Source of the DNA: an uncultured Acidimicrobiales bacterium
Lineage (GTDB): Bacteria > Actinomycetota > Acidimicrobiia > Acidimicrobiales > DATKAS01
Assembly: GCA_963708175.1 (NCBI GenBank)
Contig: CAVPSD010000006.1
Span: forward strand, 640,538 to 704,537
DNA length: 64,000 nucleotides
Direction of reading: 5' to 3'
Shown here: positions 11,245-19,948 of the stretch, one piece after another
Position numbering within the stretch: position 1 is the first letter of the stretch
Layout: every line of letters begins with the position of its first letter
Translations under genes and position numbers: made by a program
Notes under the pieces: generated by a model
The model's database searches: none
Told to the model about the DNA's origin: nothing
What the model saw: only the letters and a program-made list of their open reading frames with translations

Positions 11245-13043
11245 CAAAGGCGACGGCGCGACGCGAGGGCGAGGAGCCCGATGCCGCCGAGGACGCCCGC
11301 GATGCCGACCAGACCGAGCCCGGGCTGCGAGCCCGTGGCGGGCAGCGTCTCGCCGCCCGTCGTCGTGCTCGTCGTCGAGCCGCCGAGCTCGCACTGATCG
11401 GGCGCCGTGGTCGGCACGACCGTGGTGCCCGCCCCCGCAGCCGTCGTCGTCGTCACGATTGTCGTCGCCGTTGTCGTGGATGTGCCCGCGGTCGTCGACG
11501 TGGATGCCGTCGTCGACGTGGATGCCGTCGTCGACGTGGATGCCGTTGTCGACGTGGTGCTGCTCGTGGTCGTCGAGCTCGTGGTCGTCGAGCTCGTGGT
11601 CGTCGAGCTCGTGGTCGTCGTCGTGCTCTCAGTGCTCGACGTCGACGAACCGGAGGTCGTCGTGGTGGCGATCGTCGAGGACGGGCTCGTCGTGTTCACG
11701 ACGTTCACGAAGGTGACCGGCGGTGATGCCTGGAGCGGCTGCGGGCTCTCCGGTGGGCAGACGTCTGCCGCTTGCGTCGCCGAGAGCGCGCTGACTCCTC
11801 CAGGGCCCACCACATCGATCTTCTGGTTGTCGCCCGAGGACGACTCCTTCAGCTCGCATCGGGCTGGGACGGTGATCCCTGTGACCACGGTGCTCACTGC
11901 TCCGGTAGCGCCGGCAGGGATCACGAACGGCGGGATGGGCCCGTTCGGCTTGGAGCACACGATGTCGATCCGGATCTCACCTTGCTGCCCCGCGCCGTCA
12001 CCCTCGATCGACTTGACGACCGTCAAGTCCTGTGGACCGAAGAGCACCACTGTCTTGGTCACGTCGGTCACCGCGATGAGAGGGCCGGCCTGGATGATCG
12101 TCTGCGCGCCCAGGGTCGGTTGGTTCGTGGGCGGGATGAAGAGATAGACGGTGCCGCCGGGTTGCGACACCGTCGCCGTGACGGTGAGGGATATGGGTCC
12201 GGGCGAGTCGCCCTGCAACCAGACCTGTTGACCATCCGTGACCTCGAACGTGCTCCCGAGGCTCTGCGTGCCGTCTTCATCACCGAACGCATTCGCTCCC
12301 TCGCTGACGCGAGCGACCGCGGTCTGCCCGTTGGTGTGCACGACGAACGGCCCGACGACCGCGCTGACCCCGCCGGCCTTGGGCCCGTCGATCGTGACGT
12401 TCGGCGCCGGCGGAGCTGACAGTGGGCCGAGCTTGATGACGTTCGCGACGATCGCAGACACCGCGGAGTACAGCGGCGAAGTCGTCGACAAGACGTAGCC
12501 GTCGCTGAAGTACCAGATCGCGGCCTGCACCGCGGCGGCGCGTTGATTGGCGTCGAGGTTCGACGGCTCGTTCGTCGTCGGGAAGTACGACTGGAGCAAG
12601 CGAGCGACGTAGCCCACGTTCGGCACGTTCGCCTCGTTCCACTCTCCCGGCTTGTAGGGCCAGCCGACGTACGTCGGTGTGAGGAGGTCGATGCAGTAGC
12701 TGTCGAACTGGCTGCCCACGCCGGGACCCGAGGTCACCTCCATCCGAATCAGTCCCGCAAAGCCTTCGTCCTTCGCCGTCCATCCCTCCTGCGGGACGGT
12801 CGTCGGGTAGCCGACCAGTCGCGCTCCCTCCGTCAGCGTCGAGACATACCCCTGCACGCCTTGGCCAGCGCCCGTGTCGATGATCTTCACGGGCCCCGTC
12901 GTGAGTCCGCTGTCCTGTGGCGACGGGCTCGGCGGCGACGGCTGGACAGCGGCGTTCGCGAACGCGACCGAGGTCGCGAGGACCAACGTGGTCGCCACCC
13001 CCATCGCAGAGAGCACCGCGAGGAGTCTGCGGGGAGCGCGCAT
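11241..13043 (-). CDS. LPXTG-anchored surface protein with thioester (TQxA-type) adhesin domain and Thr/Ser-rich stalk
   Basis: Trimmed to ATG 13043. Signal peptide MRAPRRLLAVLSAMGVATTLVLATSVAFA. Cys in DSYCIDLL plus Gln in AAVQAAIWYF is a candidate Cys-Gln thioester pair. Ig-like middle region and T/S tandem-repeat stalk. C-terminal LPATG + hydrophobic helix + RRRLW. Confidence 0.75.
   Translation of the reverse strand: MRAPRRLLAVLSAMGVATTLVLATSVAFANAAVQPSPPSPSPQDSGLTTGPVKIIDTGAGQGVQGYVSTLTEGARLVGYPTTVPQEGWTAKDEGFAGLIRMEVTSGPGVGSQFDSYCIDLLTPTYVGWPYKPGEWNEANVPNVGYVARLLQSYFPTTNEPSNLDANQRAAAVQAAIWYFSDGYVLSTTSPLYSAVSAIVANVIKLGPLSAPPAPNVTIDGPKAGGVSAVVGPFVVHTNGQTAVARVSEGANAFGDEDGTQSLGSTFEVTDGQQVWLQGDSPGPISLTVTATVSQPGGTVYLFIPPTNQPTLGAQTIIQAGPLIAVTDVTKTVVLFGPQDLTVVKSIEGDGAGQQGEIRIDIVCSKPNGPIPPFVIPAGATGAVSTVVTGITVPARCELKESSSGDNQKIDVVGPGGVSALSATQAADVCPPESPQPLQASPPVTFVNVVNTTSPSSTIATTTTSGSSTSSTESTTTTTSSTTTSSTTTSSTTTSSTTSTTASTSTTASTSTTASTSTTAGTSTTTATTIVTTTTAAGAGTTVVPTTAPDQCELGGSTTSTTTGGETLPATGSQPGLGLVGIAGVLGGIGLLALASRRRLW
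11491..11622. repeat. in-frame tandem repeats inside the adhesin stalk (18-bp unit x ~4, then 15-bp unit x ~4)
   Basis: gtcgtcgacgtggatgcc at 11491, 11509 and 11527, with a degenerate copy at 11545. ctcgtggtcgtcgag at 11563, 11578 and 11593, with a partial copy at 11608. These encode TASTST / TTSST repeats on the minus strand. Confidence 0.85.
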
Positions 13044-13089
13044 CCGCGGAGTTTCCCACCAATCCGCTCGGGGCGCGAGACTGCGCACG

Positions 13090-14301
13090 ATGGCGTACAA
13101 CTCCACGGGCCGCGTCGTGCACGACGCGGACGCCCACATCATGGAGACGCCCGGCTGGCTCGTCGATCACGCCGATGCCGCGATCAGCGGTCGCATCGAG
13201 CCGCTGCGCTATTCGAGCGGCAACGAGCTGCGACAGACTGGCGATCCAGACGAGCAGCTTCGTGACCTCACGTCAGCGTTTGCCCGGCTCGCCGAGCGCC
13301 ACCGCTCGGACGAGTACCGGGCCAACGAAGCCGCCGAGATCATGAACCGAAAGAACTTCGCGGCGACGGGGTCGTTCCTTGCCGAGGATCGAGGCCGCGC
13401 GATCGACCTCCTCGGCTTCTCGAGCCAGCTCGTCTTCAACACGTTTCACAACCGGCGGCTTCGCGACTGGGAGCACTCTGGCGATCTCGAGCTCGCGCTC
13501 GGCGCGGCGCGCGCGCACAACCGCGGCATGGTCGACTTCTGCTCGGCGGATCGTCGCCTCTTGCCGACCTGCTACGTCCCCTTGTGCTCACTCGATGACG
13601 CCGCGTCGATGACGGACGAGGCGATCGCGATGGGCGCGGCAGCGTTGCTGATCGCGTCCAGTTGCCCACCGGGCCACTCGCCGAGCCACATCGGCCTCGA
13701 CGGCGTGTGGGCGCGCGCGCAGGAAGCCAGGATCCCGGTCGTCTTCCACGTCGGAGGTACGGGCGACCTGATCGACAAGAGCTACTTCAACAATGGGTTG
13801 CCCATCCCGCCCGACTTCCATGGCGGCGAGGAGAACTTCCGCTCGGTCGACTACATGGGCATCCCCCACCCGCCGATGCAGACCCTCGCCACGATGATCT
13901 TCGACGGCGTCCTCGAGCGGTTCCCCGGTCTGCGGATCGGTGTGATCGAGCAGGGCGCGATCTGGCTTCCGTCCTGGATGCGCCAGATGGAGGCCGCGTT
14001 CGACGCGTTCGCTCGGCACGAGGAGCGGCTGCGCGCGCTGTCGTTGCGCCCGAGCGAGTACGTGCGGCGCCAGGTGCGCGCCACGCCCTATCCGACGGAG
14101 GACGTCGGCTGGATCATCGAGGAGTCCGGCCCGGAGGTGTGCTTGTTCTCGAGCGACTACCCGCACGTCGAAGGCGGCCGTCGCCCGATCGAGCGTTTCG
14201 AAGCGTCCCTCGCTCACACCGACGAGGACGCCAAGAGGCGTTTCTACTGCGACAACTTCCTCGACCTCATGGGGAGCTCCGCGACAGCACTCGCTGCTTA
14301 G
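13090..14301 (+). CDS. amidohydrolase-2 (ACMSD-like metal-dependent hydrolase/decarboxylase) family protein
   Basis: ORF 12874..14301 trimmed to ATG 13090 (MAYNSTGRVVHDADAHIMET). The N-terminal D-A-H metal motif, VVFHVGG and SSDYPHVEG are typical of the Amidohydro_2 family. Confidence 0.7.
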   Translation: MAYNSTGRVVHDADAHIMETPGWLVDHADAAISGRIEPLRYSSGNELRQTGDPDEQLRDLTSAFARLAERHRSDEYRANEAAEIMNRKNFAATGSFLAEDRGRAIDLLGFSSQLVFNTFHNRRLRDWEHSGDLELALGAARAHNRGMVDFCSADRRLLPTCYVPLCSLDDAASMTDEAIAMGAAALLIASSCPPGHSPSHIGLDGVWARAQEARIPVVFHVGGTGDLIDKSYFNNGLPIPPDFHGGEENFRSVDYMGIPHPPMQTLATMIFDGVLERFPGLRIGVIEQGAIWLPSWMRQMEAAFDAFARHEERLRALSLRPSEYVRRQVRATPYPTEDVGWIIEESGPEVCLFSSDYPHVEGGRRPIERFEASLAHTDEDAKRRFYCDNFLDLMGSSATALAA

Positions 14302-15146
14302 CAGGCGTGGTCGCGGAGCCACTCGAGCGCCGCGGGCGCCGAGCGCAGGATCGAGATGTGCCCGTCCTCAGGTGAGAGCCGCAGCTCTGCCGATCGGCAC
14401 CGCTTGGCGAGCCACTCGCTGTGTGCGCAGGGCACAACGCGGTCTTTCCCGCCATGCACGAAGAGGGCCGGACACGCGATGTGCGCAGCATCGAAGCCCC
14501 ACGGCGAGACGTAGGCGAGATCGTCGGCGATCAGGCCGCCGGGCCCGGCCGCAACCGCCGGCGTGACGACACTGCCGAGCCACGACCACTCGCCAGCGAG
14601 GGCATCCAGGTCGGCGGGCATGAACTCGGGGTCGTATACGACTCCCGACTGCTCGTGTGCCTCCTTGGCGGCACGACCCTCGAGGGCGGCCGACAACGAC
14701 GCCACTCCCGACGCGGTCATCCCCGCGAACCAGTCGAGTCCCTCGGCTCCGAACGGCGCCAGGCCCGCAACGCTCACCACGCCGACGACTCGCTCCGGCA
14801 GCAGCGCGGCGCAGGCGAGGGCGTGCGGTCCGCCGCCGGAGTGGCCCATCACGGCGAATCGATCGATGCCGAGAGCATCTGCCACCGCGGAGACGTCGCC
14901 TGCCGCCGACGCAACGTCGCGGTCTGCATGGGGGGTCGATCCGCCGTAGCCGGGCCGGTCGTACGACATCCATCGGATGCCGAGGCGCTCGGCAGTCGCG
15001 AACAGCGGCTCCGGAGGCGCGCCGATGTTCGGTGTGCCGTGGTGCCAGAAGACAGCGAGCTTGCTCGCGGCATCGCCGCTCCCGCCGGCGTCGTATGCGT
15101 GGAGCACGCGTCCGTCGGGCAACCGCACCTCGAGCTCCGAGACCAT
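14298..15146 (-). CDS. alpha/beta-fold hydrolase
   Basis: Nucleophile elbow GHSGGG, FWHHGTP oxyanion region, C-terminal EDGHIS. Start set to ATG 15146 (MVSELEV), 7 nt after the stop of the upstream gene. The ORF-track start at 15188 would overlap that gene. Confidence 0.75.
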   Translation of the reverse strand: MVSELEVRLPDGRVLHAYDAGGSGDAASKLAVFWHHGTPNIGAPPEPLFATAERLGIRWMSYDRPGYGGSTPHADRDVASAAGDVSAVADALGIDRFAVMGHSGGGPHALACAALLPERVVGVVSVAGLAPFGAEGLDWFAGMTASGVASLSAALEGRAAKEAHEQSGVVYDPEFMPADLDALAGEWSWLGSVVTPAVAAGPGGLIADDLAYVSPWGFDAAHIACPALFVHGGKDRVVPCAHSEWLAKRCRSAELRLSPEDGHISILRSAPAALEWLRDHAC

Positions 15147-15153
15147 GGGCGGC

Positions 15154-15555
15154 TCAGCCGAATGCGGCGAGTCGCTGACGGAGCTCATTCACGCGGGCGC
15201 GCCATTCGTCGGCGGAGGGTGACTCGTCCCAGAGCTCAGCGAGCTCGGAGCCCTTACCAAGGACTCGATCGATCGCGCTTCGGGCCAGCGCCGCGTCGGT
15301 GCCGGTCGCGGCACCCGCGTGCACCGAAACCCACTCGGCAAGGTCGTCGGCGAGCCCGGACATGGGCGCTCCGAGCGCCGCGGCCACGATCTCGCTCGCA
15401 GCGATCGCGATGCTCGCATCCCGAGCGTCGAGATACGCGACATCCGGCAACCGGAGGACGGAACGTGCGCGCTCGAGGTCGGGAGCCTCGGTCAGGCTCC
15501 AGCACCAATCGCTCGCGTCGTCGTTCTCGAAGGGCCCGATGCCCCATGCGCCCAT
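15154..15555 (-). CDS. DUF4259-like small protein
   Basis: ORF 15154..16083 trimmed to ATG 15555 (MGAWGIGPFENDDASDW), the N-terminus I recognise for the DUF4259 family. 133 aa. Confidence 0.6.
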   Translation of the reverse strand: MGAWGIGPFENDDASDWCWSLTEAPDLERARSVLRLPDVAYLDARDASIAIAASEIVAAALGAPMSGLADDLAEWVSVHAGAATGTDAALARSAIDRVLGKGSELAELWDESPSADEWRARVNELRQRLAAFG

Positions 15556-15597
15556 TGCGGCCACCCTATGACGCGACGCCGCCTGGGAGCATGAGGC

Positions 15598-16125
15598 GTG
15601 CCCCGACCGACCCTCGTCGTTGTCAGCGGCCCGGCCGGCACCGGCAAGACGACGCTCGCGCACGAGCTCGCGGGTGCCATCGGCTGCCCGGTGATCTGCC
15701 GCGACGAGATCAAGGAAGGGATGGTGCGGACGGTCGGACCATTCGAGCCCACCCCGGGCGACGAGCTGACCAAGAGGACGCTTCCGGTGTTCTTCGACGC
15801 GATTCGGCTGATGCTCGAGAACGATGTGAGCCTCGTCGCCGAGGCTGCGTTCCAGCATCACGTGTGGGCGCCCCGCCTCGATGCCCTCGCGTCGATCGCG
15901 GACATCCGCATCGTGCAGTGCCACACCGATCTCGACACGATGCGCATCCGAGTCGAAGAGCGAGGCAACAGAGGTGCGCACGCCGATGACGCGTGGCTGC
16001 GCGAGTGGCCTGCCTCGGTCGAGGGCTTTCAGCGGTTGTCGCTCGACGCGCCGTCCATCGACGTCGACACCACGTCGGGCCACGAACCGCCGTTGGACCA
16101 GATCGTCGAGTTCCTCAACGTCTGA
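15598..16125 (+). CDS. P-loop ATPase/kinase (AAA_33 / zeta-toxin-like fold)
   Basis: Walker A GPAGTGKTT near the N-terminus, in a 175-aa single domain. The 3' end overlaps the convergent SDR gene by 11 nt. Confidence 0.6.
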   Translation: MPRPTLVVVSGPAGTGKTTLAHELAGAIGCPVICRDEIKEGMVRTVGPFEPTPGDELTKRTLPVFFDAIRLMLENDVSLVAEAAFQHHVWAPRLDALASIADIRIVQCHTDLDTMRIRVEERGNRGAHADDAWLREWPASVEGFQRLSLDAPSIDVDTTSGHEPPLDQIVEFLNV

Positions 16126-16831
16126 CCCCGCCGTCGGAGTGCAGCAGCTGCGCGTTGATCCAGCCGCCTTGCTCCGACAGGAGGAAGCTCACGAGGTTCG
16201 CGGTGTCCGAAGGAGTGCCGAGTCGTGGCTGCAGGTTCCTTTGGACGATGAGATCCCTCAGCTCATCGTCCATCCAGCCCGTGTCGTTCGGTCCGGGGTT
16301 GACGACGTTCGCTGTGAGGCCGAGATCTTTGAGCTCGACCGCAGCCGCGAGCACGATCCGGTCGAGGGCGCCCTTGCTCGATCCGTACGGCAGGTTGAAC
16401 GAGGTTGCATCGCTCGTGAGGGCGACGATCCGTCCGGCGCCCGCCGCAGAACGCGGGAACTGGCGTGCGAACGCTCGGATGAGAAGCCAGCTGGCGCGCG
16501 CGTTGACAGCGAAGTGGCGATCGAAGCTCTCGACCGTCGTCGACAGGATGTCCGAGTCGACGCTCTCGGCATGGCACATGACCATCGCGATGACCGGCCC
16601 GCCGCTCGCGAGCTCCTCGAACAGCGCGTCGGGCGCCACCGGATCGGTGAAGTCGACCTCGTGATCGGCCAGCGGCTGGTCGTCCGCGCCCCAATCCATA
16701 CGCGCGTCGTAGCGACGCCATCCGGTGGTGACGACTTGCCAGCCGTCGTCACGCAGTCGGTCTGCGATCGAGGCGGCGATGCCGGCCTTGCGGCCGACAC
16801 CGGTGACGATCACGCGGCGCGGATCGGTCAT
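16115..16831 (-). CDS. short-chain dehydrogenase/reductase (SDR)
   Basis: ORF 16115..17008 trimmed to ATG 16831 (MTDPRRVIVTGVGRKAGIA). Y-x3-K in YGSSKGAL and NVVNPGP. ATGA overlap with the upstream AlkB-like gene. Confidence 0.75.
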   Translation of the reverse strand: MTDPRRVIVTGVGRKAGIAASIADRLRDDGWQVVTTGWRRYDARMDWGADDQPLADHEVDFTDPVAPDALFEELASGGPVIAMVMCHAESVDSDILSTTVESFDRHFAVNARASWLLIRAFARQFPRSAAGAGRIVALTSDATSFNLPYGSSKGALDRIVLAAAVELKDLGLTANVVNPGPNDTGWMDDELRDLIVQRNLQPRLGTPSDTANLVSFLLSEQGGWINAQLLHSDGGVRR

Positions 16832-17532
16832 GCTCGACGCGAGCGCGAGCCCGGCATCCGGGGTCCGTCGCTGAACCGGCGGCCGTCGTAGTACGTCGGG
16901 TTCGTGTCGGGCCGACCGCGGCGGCTCGTCCACCGCCACGTCAGCGAGATGCGCGGCTGATCGACGCTCGGCGCCGCAGGCACTCCGTGCAGCCACTCGC
17001 GCTGACATGCCCCACCCATGATCAGCATGTCGCCCTCGCCCGGGGTGAGGATCACGTCGTCGGGGCTCGAGCCCGCGGGCACGCGCTCCACCGGTACGCC
17101 TCGCTCGAGCCTCGGCCGAAGCACGAACGGTCGGCGCGCGCCGAGGACGACGATCGCGATCACCGTGTCGTCGAGCCAGCGCATCTCACGGTCGCTGTGA
17201 AGACCTTGGAAGTCCTGGCCGTCCCGGTAGAGGATCGCCGCCACTCCCGTGAACGGCACGTGGAACCGGGCCCTCAAGTGGAGGTTGGTCTGACGCAAGA
17301 CCGGATAGGCGTCGTTGCGCACGCCCACGCCGAGCCGCTTCTCCGGCACGTACTTGTCGTAGCGGAGCACCTCGGTCTGCTGCCACGAGAGCGAGTCGTG
17401 CAGCTCGGCGAACACCGCAGCCGCGTTCCGCACGAAGCCCGGGACGAGCTCGACCCAGGAGGTCGACGGCAATGCGAGGCGCTCGACGGGCGCAGCACGG
17501 TCGATGCGCAGCTCGTCGGCGGGCACAGTCAC
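16828..17532 (-). CDS. AlkB-like Fe(II)/2-oxoglutarate-dependent dioxygenase
   Basis: H-x-D in GLHSDRE, second His in WLHGVP, Arg in RISLTWR. No in-frame ATG near the domain start, so GTG 17532 (VTVPADEL) is proposed. The longer ORF to 18129 is GC-shadow extension. Confidence 0.7.
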   Translation of the reverse strand: MTVPADELRIDRAAPVERLALPSTSWVELVPGFVRNAAAVFAELHDSLSWQQTEVLRYDKYVPEKRLGVGVRNDAYPVLRQTNLHLRARFHVPFTGVAAILYRDGQDFQGLHSDREMRWLDDTVIAIVVLGARRPFVLRPRLERGVPVERVPAGSSPDDVILTPGEGDMLIMGGACQREWLHGVPAAPSVDQPRISLTWRWTSRRGRPDTNPTYYDGRRFSDGPRMPGSRSRRA

Positions 17533-17598
17533 AGCGTCAAGTATCGCCTCAGGTGCAACGATTCGGGGCGGCTGGACGACTGGAGAGACGTGACCGGC

Positions 17599-18051
17599 AT
17601 GTCGCGCGAGCTGCAGGCCATCGAGGCCGTGTACAAGTCGTCGTGGCTGGCGCTCACGCGGCTCGCGTACCTGCTCGTCGGCGACCGCAGCGAGGCCGAG
17701 GACATCGTCCAGACGGTCTTCGTCACGGCCGCCTCCCGGTGGGAATCGATCGAGGAACCGGCCGCCTACTTGCGCAGAGCGGTGGTGAACCGGGCCCACG
17801 ACGTGCATCGCCGGTCGTTCAGGTCCGCGGCGACGACGCTCGCCCCGACCGGGGCCATCAGCGAGCCCGAGGTCGACGACGCCTGGAGGTTCGTGCAGGC
17901 GCTGCCGACCATCCAACGAGCGGTTGTCGTGCTCCGCTTCTACGAGGACCTGAGCCTGACGGACATCGGAGCGATGCTCGGCCGGCCAGCAAGCACCGTG
18001 CGCTCCGATCTTCGGCGGGCATTGACGACGTTGAGGGGGTCGATGGTGTGA
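17599..18051 (+). CDS. ECF-type RNA polymerase sigma factor
   Basis: ORF 16987..18051 trimmed to ATG 17599 (GTG 17590 also possible). Region 2 (AEDIVQTVFV, YLRRAVVNRAHD) and region 4 (LRFYEDLSLTDIGAMLGRPASTVRSDLRRA). Confidence 0.8.
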   Translation: MSRELQAIEAVYKSSWLALTRLAYLLVGDRSEAEDIVQTVFVTAASRWESIEEPAAYLRRAVVNRAHDVHRRSFRSAATTLAPTGAISEPEVDDAWRFVQALPTIQRAVVVLRFYEDLSLTDIGAMLGRPASTVRSDLRRALTTLRGSMV

Positions 18052-19205
18052 ACGACTTCGACGATCTCGATCAGCTCGAGCGCGACGTCGGCCACGCGCT
18101 ACGTACCGCACTGCGGCGGGGCGCCTCACAGATCAGGCCCGAAGACATGCCGCGGCTGGATTCGGGGGAAATCCTCATGGGCTACGTCACCTCTCCATCG
18201 CCCGAGAGGCCTCTTCGCGACGAGCACAGGCGTGCCCCGCGTCGCGGGGCGATGCTGATTGGTGCGCTGTCGGTCGCCGCGGCGGTCGTCGCCGTCGCGG
18301 TTCTCGACCGGCCGTCCCACCCAGCGCCACCGATCCAGTCGCCCACGACCACGTCCGCGCCTGCTCCGACCACGACCACGTCGCCGCCGGTGCCATACCC
18401 ATACAAATCACCCGTCTTCTTGTTCGACGTCGCTACTCGGACTCGGACGCCCCTGCCTTCCGGGCTCCTCGAGGGCTTCAGTCCCAGCGGCGGCTATGTG
18501 CCGTCGCCAGACGGTACGCGGGTCGCGGCCATCGGTTGCACCCCCGACACGTACCCGTGCGTGGTCCCTGACTCGATCGCCGTCGGCAACATCGACGGGA
18601 GCAACGTCCGCACGATCGCGCCTCCCGACGGCACGAGGCTGCTCGTGCCGGGACCCAGCTGGTCGCCTGACGGCACCAAGATCGTCTACCACGCCCGGGA
18701 CGACAGCACCGCCCTCATCGGAGAGCTCTTCATCGAAGACGTGGCGACCGGGGCCGGGATCCAGCTCACCCACCTCGAGCTGTTTTACTCTGGCGCGTTC
18801 CCCCTGTCGCCGACGTTCACCCCTGACGGCCAGAGTGTGCTGTTCATGCTTCCCAATTCTTCACGGATGAACGGCAGCGATGTGTGGTCGGTTCCCGTGA
18901 CTGGGGGTGAGCCCACACTCGTGATTGAGCACGCCGCGTGGCCCGCGCCTCTGCCCGACGGTAAGAGCATCGCGTACGTCTCAGAGTCCCTCAGTGACAT
19001 CTGGGTTGCGAGCAGGAACGATCCGGGCTCGGCTCGACCCGTGATCTCCACGGCGGCCCCCGTCTTCGGCCTGTGGGCCTCGCCCGACGGGACCAAGCTC
19101 CTCTGTGGCGGGGTCGTCGTCGACATCGGCACCGGTGCGGTGCACTCCGTCCCAAACGGTGGAAGCGCCGCGTGGCTCGACAATGAGACGCTCATCCTTA
19201 GCTAG
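18048..19205 (+). CDS. membrane-anchored anti-sigma-like protein with periplasmic PD40/TolB-type beta-propeller
   Basis: GTG 18048 overlaps the sigma stop (GTGA). One TM helix MLIGALSVAAAVVAVAVL and a Pro/Thr linker. PD40-like repeats SPDGTRVAA, SWSPDGTKIVY, TFTPDGQSVLF, PLPDGKSIAY, WASPDGTKLL. Confidence 0.65.
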   Translation: MNDFDDLDQLERDVGHALRTALRRGASQIRPEDMPRLDSGEILMGYVTSPSPERPLRDEHRRAPRRGAMLIGALSVAAAVVAVAVLDRPSHPAPPIQSPTTTSAPAPTTTTSPPVPYPYKSPVFLFDVATRTRTPLPSGLLEGFSPSGGYVPSPDGTRVAAIGCTPDTYPCVVPDSIAVGNIDGSNVRTIAPPDGTRLLVPGPSWSPDGTKIVYHARDDSTALIGELFIEDVATGAGIQLTHLELFYSGAFPLSPTFTPDGQSVLFMLPNSSRMNGSDVWSVPVTGGEPTLVIEHAAWPAPLPDGKSIAYVSESLSDIWVASRNDPGSARPVISTAAPVFGLWASPDGTKLLCGGVVVDIGTGAVHSVPNGGSAAWLDNETLILS

Positions 19206-19534
19206 TGATGCCGCCAGAATGCCGGGGTGCCGCTCCTGCTGTGCGACTTCGACGACACCCTCGTCTCCGCCCCGACTTCTTCCACTGATCATCGACCCTT
19301 AGGCCTTGACGACTCGGTGGAGACGTTTCGAGCGCGCTACCACCGCGGCTACCTGACGACGTTCCAATGTGCGATCAGCCCGTAGATCGAGATGAAGGCG
19401 ACGAGCGCGGGCACGAATGCGAGGACGCGTAGAACGCGACACCTGCGGCGACGAGCGTGAGGTTGTGCTCTTTGATGCGCCCCGAGAGCCCCGAGGCCAT
19501 CGACCGCATCCGAGCCATCCGCGAGGATCGCGCC

Positions 19535-19945
19535 ATGACCGAAGCGCGAACCAGTGGTCAGCTCCTCCGATACGTGTACGAGGAGGTGTCCCGCGGCAAC
19601 CCCAAGCCCCTCGTCGCTGCCCTCGCCGACGACGTGTCGTGGACGATCATCGGCACCACTCCCCTCTCCGGGACCTATCGGGGCAAGCAGGCCGTGCTCG
19701 ATGGTCTCTTCGGCGGCCTGCGACAGCGACTCGCGACCCCCGTCGTGTTCTCGGTCGATCGCGTCATCGAGGAGGGCGAATGGGCCGTCATGACCGCTCG
19801 CGGCACCGCGACCAGCGCCCGGGGTGGCCCGTACAACAACACCTATTGCATCGTCGCCCACGTCGTCGACGGACGCTTCGTCGAACTGACGGACTACGTC
19901 GACACCCAGCTCATCGTGCGGACGCTCTTCGACACCGCCGATTGA
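19535..19945 (+). CDS. SnoaL-like / ketosteroid-isomerase-like protein
   Basis: ORF 19457..19945 trimmed to ATG 19535 (MTEARTSGQLLRYVYEE). DDVSWTIIG..GTYRGK and YCIVAHVVDGRFVELTDYVD fit the SnoaL_2 pattern. Confidence 0.65.
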   Translation: MTEARTSGQLLRYVYEEVSRGNPKPLVAALADDVSWTIIGTTPLSGTYRGKQAVLDGLFGGLRQRLATPVVFSVDRVIEEGEWAVMTARGTATSARGGPYNNTYCIVAHVVDGRFVELTDYVDTQLIVRTLFDTAD

Positions 19946-19948
19946 GCG

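Noticed and set aside
11491-11622. Tandem repeats considered as a possible CRISPR array. The repeats at 42780..42945 and 63811..63877 were considered too.
   Set aside because: The 11.5-kb repeats are contiguous, with no spacers, in frame inside a coding stalk region. The 42.8-kb element has only two copies. The 63.8-kb repeat is a head-to-tail 25-mer. No cas genes are present.
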